DNA of 64,000 bases from Vicugna vicugna (taxonomy: Eukaryota), in the NCBI GenBank assembly GCA_013265495.1, contig MU058463.1, forward strand, positions 2,875,523 through 2,939,522, written 5' to 3'. Position numbers and translations under genes: made by a program. This document shows, one piece after another, positions 12,992 through 25,722 of this stretch. Position 1 is the first letter of the stretch. Each line of letters opens with the position of its first letter. The notes below the pieces were generated by a model. That model had not been told where the DNA came from, searched no databases, and saw only the letters and a program-made list of their open reading frames with translations.

Positions 12992-14170
12992 CATTAGTGT
13001 CCTCTCCTTCCTTCCTTCCTTCCTTCCTTCCTGATTCCACATATGAGTAATATCAAATGATATTTTTCTTTCTCTTTCTGGCTTACTTTACTTCGAATTA
13101 TGATCTCCGGGTGCATCCATGTTGCTGCCAGAGGCATTGTTTTATTCTTTTTATGGCTGAGTAGTATTCCATTGTGTAAATATACCACATCTTCTTTATC
13201 TAGTCATCTGTTGATGGACATTTAGGTTGCTTCCATGTCTTGGCTATTGTATATAGTGTTGCTATGAACATTGCCGGGCATATTTCTTTTCAGATTAGAG
13301 TTCCCTCCAGATATATGCCCAGGAGTGGGATTGCTGGATTATATGGTAAGTATATTTTTCATTTTTTGAGTAATGTCCATACTGTTTTCCATAGTGGCTG
13401 CACCAAACTACATTCCCACCAACAGTGTAGAGGGTCCCCTTTTCTCCACAGTCTCTCCAGCATTTATCATTTGTGGAATTTTGAATGATGGCCATTCTGA
13501 CTGGTGTCATATGATACCTGATTATAGTTTTGATTTGCATTTCTCTGATAATTAGCAATATTGAGCATTTTTTCATGTGCCTATTGGCCATTTGTATGTC
13601 TTCCTTGGAGAATTGCTTGTTTAGGTCTTCTGCCCATTTTTGAACTCATGTCATGTNNNNNNNNNNNNNNNNNNNNNNNNNNNNNNNNNNNNNNNNNNNN
13701 NNNNNNNNNNNNNNNNNNNNNNNNNNNNNNNNNNNNNNNNNNNNNNNCATATGATACCTGATTATAGTTTTGATTTGCATTTCTCTGATAATTAGCAATA
13801 TTGAGCATTTTTTCATGTGCCTATTGGCCATTTGTATGTCTTCCTTGGAGAATTGCTTGTTTAGGTCTTCTGCCCATTTTTGAACTCATGTACAAAACAG
13901 AAACAGACTCGCAGACATAGTAAACAATTTTATGGTTACTGGGGTAAAGGGGGTGGGAAAGGATAAATTTGGGAGTTTGAGATTTACAAAGATTAACCAC
14001 TATATATAAAAATAGATAAAAAATTTCTTCTGTACAGCACAGGGAACTATATTCAATATCTTGTAATAACCTTTAATGAAAAAGAATATGAAAACAAATA
14101 AATGTATATATATGCATAACTGGGACATTATGCTGTACACCAGAAATTGATTGTAATTCAATTAAAAAAA
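12992..14170. mobile_element. 5'-inverted (twin-primed), truncated L1: minus-strand ORF2-end/3'UTR piece (12992-~13883) joined to a plus-strand 3'UTR with A-tail (~13884-14170)
   Basis: Minus-strand ORFs give L1 ORF2 C-terminal peptides ([39 protein letters not shown]). Perfect TSD GACCCATTGGT at 12981-12991 and 14171-14181. Confidence 0.92.
13657..13747. other. Assembly gap (91 N) flanked by an identical 144-bp duplicate
   Basis: 13508-13651 is repeated at 13748-13891. Confidence 0.95.
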
Positions 14171-14439
14171 GACCCATTGGTTGACTCTGTGACTGTATCA
14201 CTTTTTCACAGTCATCATTGTCATTGACATAGTCAACAATGTTTGGAAATCCTGATACATACATGACTCTAGTAAATTTACTCTCTTACCTTTCAGAATA
14301 ACTGCTTTATTCTCCTATTTTCTCAAGTGGGTATTCCTCCCTGTTTCTCACTTGCATCTCATATTTATGACCTCACCTCATATTTAATGACAAAATATAA
14401 GCGACTGGAACAGTTGAGATCAAAAGATCTCTCAGCCGC

Positions 14440-15240
14440 TTTGTATTTGTTCTCATACCCTTGGCCTTCCCTTTTGTTAAAATGGAAGACAGATCCTCAC
14501 TCATGTAAGCCAGAGTCTCCCCCTTGTGCTTTGGATCTCATTCTCCCCTTGGCTTCTTAGGGCTTTGCTATCTATGTCTCTAATCCCTCCCCCTTTTCCT
14601 CCATCCTTAATTAATCTTCCCTTTTTACTGTATCGTTCCTGTTTTCATTTCTTACCATGGCCACGTGGCTCTCTCCTTTTTTATGCTCTCTCTTTTGCAG
14701 CAAAACATGAAATAATTGCCTATATTCTCTATCTTCTTGTCTTCACTTTTCCTTGTCTTGCAGCCTCCAGTCAATTTTCCATTGCTTCTTTTCACTGAAA
14801 CGGTGCTTGTCAGAAACAGATCACAGTGACTTCCTTGCGGTTAAATCCCATAGTCACTTTCTCTGTCTGTATCAAACTCAGTCCCTCCTCAATATTTGAC
14901 ATAGTTGGCCACTGTCTCCCTCTTGAAAAACTTCCTTCTGACTTGTGTGAGACCAAACTCTCTAGTCCTCCCCCCTTTCTCAGTTCCCCTTGCTGTTTGC
15001 TCCTCTTCTTCCTCTGCTTGCTGGAATGCTTTGTTCTGCCTGTGCAGGGATCTCCTCCAGTCCTGTGGATTTAAATGCCATCTTTATTCCAGCGAGCCTC
15101 AGACTGCCTTGTCCACTTAGAAGTCAGCTTGGTATCACAATGTAACATTGTCAAAACAGAGTTCTTGATTTCGATCACTTGTAAGACCTTCCCCTCCTCT
15201 ATCTTTCTCACCTCAGTTCATGACAACATCAACCACTGAG
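14440..15240 (+). mobile_element. L2 LINE relic
   Basis: Pyrimidine-rich L2 ORF2-end pattern (CACTGAAACGGTGCTTGTCAG...CTCCCTCTTGAAAAACTT...GGATTTAAATGCCATC). Boundaries approximate. Confidence 0.55.
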
Positions 15241-17581
15241 TTGATTAATTTTTTTTAATTAGATTGGGGAGGTATTTAACCTTTTTTTATGGAGTAGTTG
15301 CATAGAAAATGCTGATTGCATTTAAATATGCTTCTAACAAGGGAAACCTCTAAGGGGTGGGAGAGCATCTTGAATTCCTTTAAATAATATGCACAGTTTT
15401 ATGTTTTGAGCCTTTCATCGATTTTCAGATGAGTTTGTGACTTAAAAACAGAATTCAGATCACTGCTCTAAAAGTCCAAGGAGGTGACTTTTCTTCCTTT
15501 AGCTAAGCTGCTTACTTTGGGGGTGTACATACTTCTGGGCACATTGCAGGAACGTGGTGGGTGTGCTTGTGTGTAGGTGCCTATGTTTGGGGGAAGCTAC
15601 AGGATAGACATGGCAGTATCTCCCTGGTACTTAGTTTGAGAATTTTTTGTTTTTAAGACAATTTATGGCTTAAGGATGAAATTAAAACACCCATGAATGT
15701 ATTATGGCCTGGACTTTGAAATCATGTGAAATTTTAGGAAAAACAGAACCTTCAGAGACAGAGTTCAGGCTTGTCTGCCTCTTGAGACTCTGACCAGGAA
15801 TAACTCCTAGATAAGCATTCATTCCTTACTGTTGATAGGAACACTTTGGAAGAAGTGCTGGGCTTCATGGTCTTATTATGTCTGTCTGTCTGTATTTTAA
15901 TTAGTCTTGTCAGTTAGTGGAACAAAATGCATTATCAGTTGAACTCAAAGAATTAGGATTGGTTTCTCCAAGAGGAGGTCTAAATCTATGCTGAATTATC
16001 TTCTCTGTTTAGTTTTCTTATGCTAGTGTTTATAATCAAGGAAACTTCTAAATGTTTGGAAAGCCAGGCTAAGCCCAGAGAGCTCTTTGCACCGGCCTTT
16101 AAAATGGTTACCTACCTGGCCTGGATTATCTTACATCTGTGATTTCTCTGAGTGTAGGGACCCCTTCAGATTGGTGAATGCTCTTAGTATCCTTCTGAGG
16201 CAGACATAGCGCAGCACAAGTGTTTTCTCTGCGGAAAGAGGTTGGTTTGTGGTGGCTCTGTCTCTTTATCTGCCCTCTGCTCACTCTGCTTTCCCTTGAT
16301 CTTCTACTCCCTAATGCAGAAGGACTCTACAGTGATACTGTTGTTATTAGAACAGCAATATATTGAAAGTGGCTATACAGGGTTTTGAGTCCCACAGTAA
16401 GAGTACAGTGTGAATCAAGTGAAAGTGTGTTTCTGTGTCTTTTTTGTTTTTGTTTTATATTGTTAAATTTGTGCTATTTGAAGAATATTAAGTCATTATT
16501 CCCTCTGTCAAGTTCTCCAATTAATTGAATTTTAAATACTTAATAGCAATTACTTCACCCAGCAAACCTTTACTGAGTACCTACTGTATACCAGGCTGTC
16601 TTCTAGGCACCAGGGATGCAGAAGTAAATAAGACAAAGGAAGTTCTTGCTCTTACGGAGTTTCCATTCAAATGGGAGAGACACGTAAATTTACAATATAT
16701 ATATAAACAAACATATACTATCAGGTAGAAAACTAAAGCAACTTCTTGCCCTCGTCTACTTTCCCTCTAAGAAAACAGCTACACACAGTCAAAACACCTA
16801 CATCGTTAACCCTGAGCAAGCCACCTAATTTCTTCACACTTTGGTTTCCTAAGTATATTTACTCTGTTTACCTCACAGGGTTATTAAGAGAGAGAGAATA
16901 TGCATGGAAAGCCTATTGTTAAATATAAGACAATATAAATGTAAAGTATTATTATTTGTACTTAATTGCACTGAGTCAAAGATTTGTTTATTTGGTGTAC
17001 GTCAGCGTTCCTGTCAGCGTTGTTTGCTGTTTAGTTTGTAAACCACTTGAGAGTATGTCATGTCTTTTAGGGTTGTTTTAGCTTTCATGCCTCTGGTTTC
17101 AGGGACTTTGTAGTAAGGTGTCAATGCTTAATTGTTGGTCACTATTGCTGTTTAATACAGTGGAATAATTTGAGGGAAGGATTTCAAGCATCAGATGGGT
17201 ATTTGGACTAAATACTCTCTAAAGAACCTCCTAATTCTGACATTTTATAATTCTAAAATAGAATAGTTGAAGGAAAATCTCCCTGGCCTTAGTGGAACAA
17301 AATGCATATCCTTTTTAGCAATGAGTGTGGTTAGAAACAAAATAAAACTGATTCATAATATGTCAGAAATCTCAGTCTTTGCAGCCAGATATCTAAGCTA
17401 GTATCTCTATTACACGTATAAGAAACCGTGTGGTAGCAGCAGCAGTATTTTTGTGAATCCTAGATACTTCCTCTTAAAGCACCTGCTCTGCTGTAGCAGT
17501 TTATATGTTCCAAGCTAAACCTATTGGGATTCTGTTTATGACTGTTGCCCTGTACTAAAAGTAATGTTTCTTTTTTCAAAG

Positions 17582-17717
17582 GTACGCCAGCCTGTCATAT
17601 GCATCAACAACCATGTATTTTGTTCAATTTGTATTGATTTGTGGTTGAAGAATAATAGCCAATGTCCAGCTTGCAGAGTCCCCATCACTCCTGAAAATCC
17701 TTGCAAAGAGATTATTG
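17582..17717 (+). CDS. OBI1: OBI1 coding exon 2, VRQPVICINNHVFCSICIDLWLKNNSQCPACRVPITPENPCKEII; rest of the C3HC4-type RING
   Basis: Acceptor TTTTTTCAAAG|, donor G|GTAAGG; 136 nt; completes the RING ligands C-H-C-C-C-C in frame with exon 1. Confidence 0.96.
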
Positions 17718-19870
17718 GTAAGGGTCTATTTTATAAACACATTGAAGTAGATCTGAAACAACCTTTAAATAGTGTCTGTTTGGAGGAAGACTGAAATAGG
17801 CAATTTCCAGTGATGTTATTTTGCCTATATCATACTGGATGGATTGGTTATTTGCATAATCTGGAAGTGGAGCAACTGAGGGACACACAGCAGTATGAGA
17901 ACTCTTACAGCCTCATGGAACTTACATTCTGGTAGAGGCTGTGCATATGGACCAAAATATTAATGGTTCAAAGCAGCAGATGCTAACAGCCAAAAAAAAG
18001 AAAAGCCCAGAAAGTTCAGGCAAGGAAGTTTAGCTAGGAACATTGAAAAGGGATTCATGAGGAAGGTGGCCTTTAAGATGGAGATTTAAGGATGGATAAA
18101 TTTTCAGTTGGTAAAGATTAGGGCAGTTAATGCAGAGAGAATAGCATGGATACAGCTTATGTTTTTGGAAACAATCAGTAGTCTAATTTGTTTCTGACTG
18201 TTGAAATAAGACTAGAAAGGTAAATTGAGACTTTGGTGCAGAAAATCTTGAGTGACAAACTAAATCAGGGAATTGCTGTGTGAGTGAGAAGGGTGAGGTG
18301 GGCATGATGGTTTTGAGCAAGGGAATAACATAATCCAAAATGTGCGTAAGGACTATTACTCAGGTGGGATATGTAGGCTGGGCTCTCCCGGAGAGAAAGA
18401 ACATGAGTAGGTCAGGTCCGAGGCTCTTGCCCATGTGAGGGAGAATGTGAGTCTGGATTAAGGGTAAAAAACATTCAGTGCCACAGTAGTATGGGTTAGA
18501 GAGGGGATAAAACTTTGAAGATTCTTGAAAAATGAAACATTTAAAGAGCTTTTTTACTGTTTAGTTATTACTCTGCTTATGTAAATTTTTTCTTTTAGAT
18601 TGCAAAAATTAAAAAGATTTTTGTTTGTTTTTGCTTTAGGAAAAATTGAAAGTGAATCTGTCATTCACTTTCGTGTATCTATCATGAATCATAGAAAAAA
18701 CCTTTCAGAAGACTTAAGTCATTGTGATAGTCCCAAATTAGGGAAAATAGACTTAAAGAAAATTTTTATAATGGAAAGGGAAAGGAAGATATGTATGCTC
18801 AAACAAAAGAAGAACTGTGGAACTTTGGAGAGAAGAGATCTGAAAGGGGACTCCAAGATGGCTCCAGGGTTTCTTTCTTGGGTGCCTGGGTGAAGTCTGA
18901 TAGAGGAGTGTGTCTCTGCTGTGCTGCAAACTGAAATGTTAACCTCTCTGCCTCTAGTTTTTTACCTGCACCGAACCTCACCAGTGTCAAGTCTTTTCTT
19001 GCAGAACATGAGCTTCATTGATAAAAATAATTTGAATGCTTCTTCCCGCAGCTTGTTTTCACATCCCTTCTCTCTTGCCTTCATTCGTTCGTATCTAAGT
19101 GATATTTCATAAATTCGCTCAAGTGAAATAGTTCATTTATCCTTGTATTTGCATAAAACATTCTGAAAAAGAACATCTGTAAATTCCTTTACGATCATGA
19201 TGCTAAGAAGTACAACAAAGGTAACCATAGCATAAGTGAAGAGCTCTGAGGAAGAAAACATTTTGAGTATGCTTGTAATGAGTTATTATGGGCATACAAT
19301 TAATGCCGTGACTTATAATCCATTGTAACTAGATTGTTAGAATCAGTGAAGAGACCAGTTAATCTTTTCAGTTGTGTTACTAGTAACTAGATATGTTTGA
19401 ATGAACACATTGGTTATCATAATGTATGTATCATCTATTATGATATATGCAGATAATATATATTTGATAATTACATATAGAAAACATTGATAATATATTA
19501 TTTATACAACTTATTGGTTAAATATAATCATTGGCTTTATCATTAATAATTGTCTGATATTCAAAATTTGCAGTTGTCCGAATGTGGTAATTAATAAAAT
19601 ATAGCCTTTGCCTTCATTGAGCTTACAGATCAGATACATAGGTAAGTAAACACAACACGATATTTTACTGAAAGTATTGCTTCTGGTGTTATTTGAGATT
19701 TATCTCTTCACAAGATTGAAGTGGAAAAAAGGCCTAGGTGGCAGCCCCAAGTGGATATAAGGGAAAGGGTAGAAATTAAGCTAGAGAACTATATAGAACA
19801 GTAAGAAAAGAGTTCATTTTCATTTTACCCAAATCAGAATGAAAAGTTAGATTTTTTTTTTCTCCTGTAG

Positions 19871-19962
19871 GAGGAACAAGTGAAAGTGAACCTATGCTAA
19901 GCCATACGATCAGGAAGCACCTTCGGAAAACTAGACTTGAATTACTCCACAAAGAATATGAG
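19871..19962 (+). CDS. OBI1: OBI1 coding exon 3 (GGTSESEPMLSHTIRKHLRKTRLELLHKEYE)
   Basis: Long T-tract then CCTGTAG| acceptor; GAG|GTAATT donor; 92 nt restores phase 0 (cumulative 300 nt). Confidence 0.95.
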
Positions 19963-20479
19963 GTAATTAATAGTTAAAGTGTTAAATGATGATAGCATTG
20001 AACTCAAGGTAAAACTGACCTCTCTCAGTCCCTGGACTTCTTAGAGTAAACATCTAATGAAATCTTTAAATGATAGTTTAAAAATATCTTAATTGACAAA
20101 TTGTTTTTTCTTTTTCCCTTTTCTATTTCAAACAGAGAAAAGGAACAGATGGAAGTACTGTTTTTGCTTCTTTTAATTTTTAATTTGTCCTTTACAGAAA
20201 CATCATTTTGTAAGTTGCTCCCTCAAGAAGTTGAGAGAGAAGGGAAACCCTCTTGTCAAAGTCCATCTTCCAGCCCCAAGAGGCATTATGAATTTTCTGT
20301 CAAACAGGGACTATAACCTTCATTCTCTTTTTGTTTCTGCCTATAAATTCACTGCTAATTATAAGTCTGATCAGCTCTGATAAAGAAAATATGTCTGTGT
20401 CAGCTACCAGCAAAGAGATTTTGGTGTGAAATATGCTATTCTTAATTACTTTTTTACATGTAAAGCAGTGTTTGTATTT

Positions 20480-20835
20480 TTTAAATAAAAGTTTTATGTA
20501 TTTAAGGTGTACAACATATTTTGATATACATAGTGAAATGATTACTTCAATCAAACAAATTAATATAGCCATCTCCTCACATCCTTTTTTTCTTTAGTGG
20601 TGGGAGCACCTGAAATCTGGTCTCTCAGCAAATTTCCAATGTACAGTACAGTATTATTAATTAGTCATCATGCTATCCAGTAGATCTCTAGACTTATTTA
20701 TCCTCCATCCTGCAGCATTGTACCCTGTAACCTATCTCCCTGTTCCTCCCACCTCCCGCCCCTGGTAACAACTGTTTAACTCTACTTCTATGTATCTAAC
20801 CACAAATGTGTGAGATCATGCAGTAGTTTTCTTCC
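20480..20835 (-). mobile_element. Old L1 (L1MA-like) 3'UTR fragment
   Basis: TTTAAGGTGTACAAC..ATAGTGAAATGATTAC..AGATCTCTAGACTTATTTATCCT..CCCCTGGTAAC..GAGATCATGCAGTA is typical of an antisense L1MA 3' end. Confidence 0.7.
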
Positions 20836-22014
20836 TATGAGGGTGATTTGACATGGTGATGGAATTTTTCTAAATTAGCTTCGTGCTAATGGACTATATA
20901 TATGTTTGAATAAACATTAAGTCCAGTTGTCATTTCATATTGACTAAATGGGGGGTGTTAGGGCTCTCTTTTTTGACGTCAAATATCTTTAAGTTATACT
21001 ATGTAAATGGAAACTACTTCAGCTGCCTCAAAACATTTTGAAATAAAGTGAGGCATAAATAAATGACTGAATAAATTCATTCATATATGTTTTCCTGTTT
21101 GTATTTGTTTATTCATTAATACATTGATTAATTCAAATAAGTAAAGTGATTTTCTGATTTTATAATGCTATTTAACTTGAAATGTATTGTAATTTAAAAT
21201 AGTACATACTACTATCTGTGTTAATTCTAAAATGTATTCTTACATACTTAATGGGTATTTACCACACTTAGATACTAATCACATTAACCTTTTCGGAGAT
21301 CACTAGCATACTGGGGTTTATTTTCTAACAACAGAATTTCTAATGATCTTATATGAAGTATCCATTATAAATGAGTAAATGTTATCGCAGAAAAGAGTTC
21401 TAGCCCAAATGTTTCATTATTGGATTTAAGATAATAAGCAGTTCCACATCGGGAAACCTAATTCTTGGAATAGTCACAGTGGTAATTGAAGAGTCAGAAT
21501 GTAGAAAAGTTAAAAATTAACTAGCAGTATTATTCTGAGATGGAAAGTAAAAGGAAATGGTATATGGCTTTACTCCTACTTCAGATATAGAAACAAAAAT
21601 ATAGATACCAAACAAAACTATAAATAACTTTGATCAAGACTGTATTTTTAAATTCTCAGTGAAGCAATTAAACATGCCTCAGAATTTTCTTCTGAGGAAT
21701 CTACTTCCTTGTTGAACTCATGTGACTTTTCTTGTTTTATGAGTGTCTTAAGTAGAATCAAAGATTTGACAATTTTTTTTAAATCACAAACTCGTTAAAA
21801 TAAAAGCAAAGGAAATGCCAATTTTTATCAGTCAAAATGCATTTTGAGAATTTCAGCTGTATGTGACCTTCTGCCTACAGGACTGTTCTGATGTAAAGAA
21901 TCTATGTATCTACAGAATTTTGAGTATAAAATTTAAAGGCACATTGGCCTCAGTTTAGCATGTGTATGTGTTTAGTGTCTGTATTTACCTGATGACTATG
22001 CAATACTTTTTCAG

Positions 22015-22263
22015 GATGAAATAGATTGTCTGCAAAAAGAGATAGAAGAGCTTAAGAGTAAAAATCTCAGCCTGGAGTCACAGATCAAGACTATTCTGGA
22101 TCCTTTAACCTTGATGCAGGGCAACCAAAATGAAGACAAACATTCAGTTGCAGATAATCCAAGTAAAATTGACCCAGAAACTGTAGCAGAGTGGAAGAAA
22201 AAACTTAGAACAGCGAATGAAATCTATGAAAAAGTGAAAGATGATGTGGATAAGTTAAAGGAG
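22015..22263 (+). CDS. OBI1: OBI1 coding exon 4 (DEIDCLQKEIEELKSKNLSLESQIK...DDVDKLKE), coiled coil
   Basis: TTTTTCAG| acceptor; GAG|GTAAGT donor; 249 nt open frame with heptad pattern. Confidence 0.95.
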
Positions 22264-25058
22264 GTAAGTTAAGATTGTTTTTAGAATTCTGTAATGTTTT
22301 AAGTACCTTCAAAAGTATAAATAGCTATATTATCTTAGGTCATCATTAGATAATTTGTGGGGAAAGGACAGAAATCCCTGGATGAGCATTTATAAACAAT
22401 AGGAAAACTTTTTCTCCTTAAATGTCATTAGCTGCCAAGAAATATCAGGTGGTTCCATTTGTGACTATAATTGGAGACTTCAGTGAGGCTGTATGAGTGT
22501 GCGTCTTGTGGAGGAGTGACATCAGTTTAAAGGATGTGTTTCTATTTCCCCTCTTTGTGGTTTGCCTTATTTTTTTTAAGCTTATGTCAGTAACTGCCCT
22601 ATATGCATAAAGATAAACACATATCCATTTTCCTACCTATAAAATGAAAGGTTTGGATAATACCTTTCTAGCACTACCATTCTTTGATTTTTAATATTGT
22701 AAATAGTTAAAGACTTAATGACTAATTCCAAGAGAGCTATGAGTTGCAGCTTTAGACTACTCCATACAGGAGAATATTGTGGCTTATGAGGCAAGTTCAT
22801 TTTTTTCAATTGTCCTTCCATCCATACAAGGTGAAGAAAGCATAGGTACAAAGGGCAAACCTCTTGGATGTTCCGGTCTAGGAAAGGAGATGAGAGCCAT
22901 GCCATCAGCACTAGAGGTAATCAAGTGTGGTAGAGCTTTGTTGGCCAAAGGGACCTGCTTTTAGCTTGGCTTCACGTTTATCCACAGTGGAGTCTTGGGC
23001 TGAACAGAGATGGTTTTGTATTATCCAGGTCCACAACCACCCATTCAGCCTATCTGCATTCTCTTAAAATATTATTACTGTGCTGAGTTAGTAAATCTTG
23101 CCTCCTGAAATCACTAATGCCTCATATGATATTTTAAAGATATGCTACCATATACTGGCCCTCTGAGCCTCAGCAAGATTGAATAGCAGAAGTGTATCTG
23201 CAACTTAGTGTAAATACTAAGTCAAACGGCATACCCACATATAAAATAAATGCCATTTGTGTTCAGAAAAGGCCAAGGTGAGAGAAAGAAGGAAACTTAG
23301 TGCTTTCAGAGAAGAAAAGAAACTATAGACATAATTTCCCTGAGTTTGTTACAAGTTTAGGGGAAGTGTGCATTTTCTTTGTATAGATGGCCAACATTAG
23401 CATGTCAGTTTATCGCGAAGAGAAGCGGACACAAACAGGAAAGACAGCTGGGACATTACAGTATTTGTCAATCAGCCATGTCTTCTTTAGCTCCATAACT
23501 AAGTGCAATGTACTTAAGTAAATGAAATGGACTTTTTTCCTTATGTTTCCAGGATTAGGTGAGTTTTGAACCATTATAAACCCAGTGTTGAGAATGCAAA
23601 ATAGCTAAAGTCTTCGTTACTGTTTTAGGTGCAACAAATTGAACTCTCTTTTTCGTAACTTTTGCTCTTCTAATTCTGAACTTGAAAATATCTCTGATAG
23701 TTGAGGAACTGGCCAGCCCATAAAGAGAGTCTTAGAGAGCCACAGGACTGGTGAGAGATGGGGATGGGGAAAAGAAATCAAATGGGTTTCTAATTTAAGC
23801 TTGTCATTCATCATCAAAAAGCATTCTCTAAGTGCCTCCTCTTATGGTGCTACGCTTGAGGGCTTAATTCATTGTTTGTGTGTATGAGGAAGTAAATTAC
23901 TTTCCTTATATCAGTCACTTAAAGAATTAACCCTCCACAGTCCTGATTGGTTTGCATCCATAAAGATAAGCAGGTGCTCAGAGGCCAAAAGAAATCTTGA
24001 TGAGTCTAAGAGAGCTAGGATAAGTGCCCGAGTGTCCTCTGTCCTGCTTCTCTTGTCAGCCTCTTGTTGCATATGTGTGTAAGTGGGCAAGTAATACAGT
24101 CAAAAGTTCTAGAAATTATGGGTCAGATTTTTAAAATGCATTTTCAAGTTTTGTTGGTTTAAACTTTTTTGTTGACAGTAGTTCTTGTGACTCATTCACT
24201 TTGAATGTTAATGTTCTAGTCAATGAATTTCTTTCACAGGTTAGTGAGATTGGTTTCCAGTCTAGGGAGTCTTATTTTATGTTGGAATTCAAAAAGGCAA
24301 TGGCTGGGGGATTTAAAGAAAGTAGCTTTTAAGAGGACTCTAAAATATAGACACTACTTTTCAGGCTGTCCAGAATCAAAATTGAACTTCAGATTTTCTA
24401 GCAATTAATGTTGTCAGGCAATTTTTAGGTATTGTGCAATTCAAAAAAGAAAATTATACTTGGGATTTTTTTAAAATCAAAAGCTAATTCATAGAATTTA
24501 TCAGGAAATATTGACCCAGTTTTGAGAGTCTAGAAGCTGTGAACCAGAGCATTTGCGAAAGCCTTTTTGGAAAAAAACAAGCAAGTGGTTTAATCATATT
24601 AGGTATGTTATCACTAAAAGTTATTTTCAAATAGTAACCTAAAGTCAATCTCATAGCTCAGGATTAACTCTTATCATCAGTATTGTGAATAATTGCATGT
24701 GATAAAATATTACCTTGCTTAGAGTATTTAGTTATGTGGAAAAGGGGGAAAAAAACATATTTGCCATTGCTTTAGTCCCTTAATGACCCCCTAATGACTC
24801 TAAGCTAACTAACATAGCTCCATTTATTTCCCTGGATAGATTTGCAAAGTGCTTCGGGACTATGGATTAAAAATGCTTGGTTGTGTTCATAGTTTCACAA
24901 GTCATTTGCAGTGGTGACTTTTAAATTTCAGAAGGCATGTTCTAGTATTCAGTTTTTTATTTTATTTCTCTAAAAATATATAGGTGGGTCATGTCATAAT
25001 TTTTATGAGGCACTTTTGTTTTAACTTGTGCTTAATTATTTTCAACTCTTTTTTTAAG

Positions 25059-25147
25059 GCAAATAAAAAATTGAAATTGGAAAATGGTGGCCTGGTGAGG
25101 GAGAATTTACGACTGAAAGCTGAAGTTGATAACAGATCACCCCAGAA
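25059..25147 (+). CDS. OBI1: OBI1 coding exon 5 (ANKKLKLENGGLVRENLRLKAEVDNRSPQ)
   Basis: TTTTTTTAAG| acceptor; AA|GTATGT donor; 89 nt, phase 2 matching exon 6. Confidence 0.95.
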
Positions 25148-25504
25148 GTATGTATATTGCTCATAGAGCAGTGTTTCAGATTATGTCAGTGTTTTAGAAA
25201 AAGCTGTTATTATAGTTTGTGTTTTTCATTTGACTCTTTTCATTGAAGCATGTAAGTTAAGTAGAATGTTTTACCTCTAAAGTCAACTATGTGCTTATGC
25301 TGTTGGTAAAATCAGTCTCATTTAAGGCTAATTTTGAAGAAAGGATTTCATTCTTGTCTTTTTCCTTATTTGATTAGCAAGAGGATTGTTTTAGGTAACC
25401 TAAGACAGGTGAGCCTTCACATGGTTTTACATATAACTACTGTTTTATGGTCCTAACAAAGAATAGAGAGAGTAACATTATTCCCTTAGACCTTTCCTGA
25501 AATA

Positions 25505-25722
25505 ATAGTAACCATAGTTAAAATTCATATAATGCTTTCTCTTTGCCAGGTACAACAACCTGTGGTGTAGAACTATTGTTATTCTGCATTTACAGATGAT
25601 GAAATGGAAGCAAAGAGAGACTAAATTAATTTTTCTAAATCTGCACAGCTATTCAGTGGTGGAAATAGAATTTGAACCCAGGTAGTCCAGCCCCAGAGTC
25701 TGTGCTCTATTACATTACACTG
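25505..25722 (-). mobile_element. MIR SINE relic
   Basis: CATTTACAGATGATGAAATGGAAGC...ACAGCTATTCAGTGG...ATTTGAACCCAGG...CCAGAGTCTGTGCTCT, antisense MIR pattern. Confidence 0.7.
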
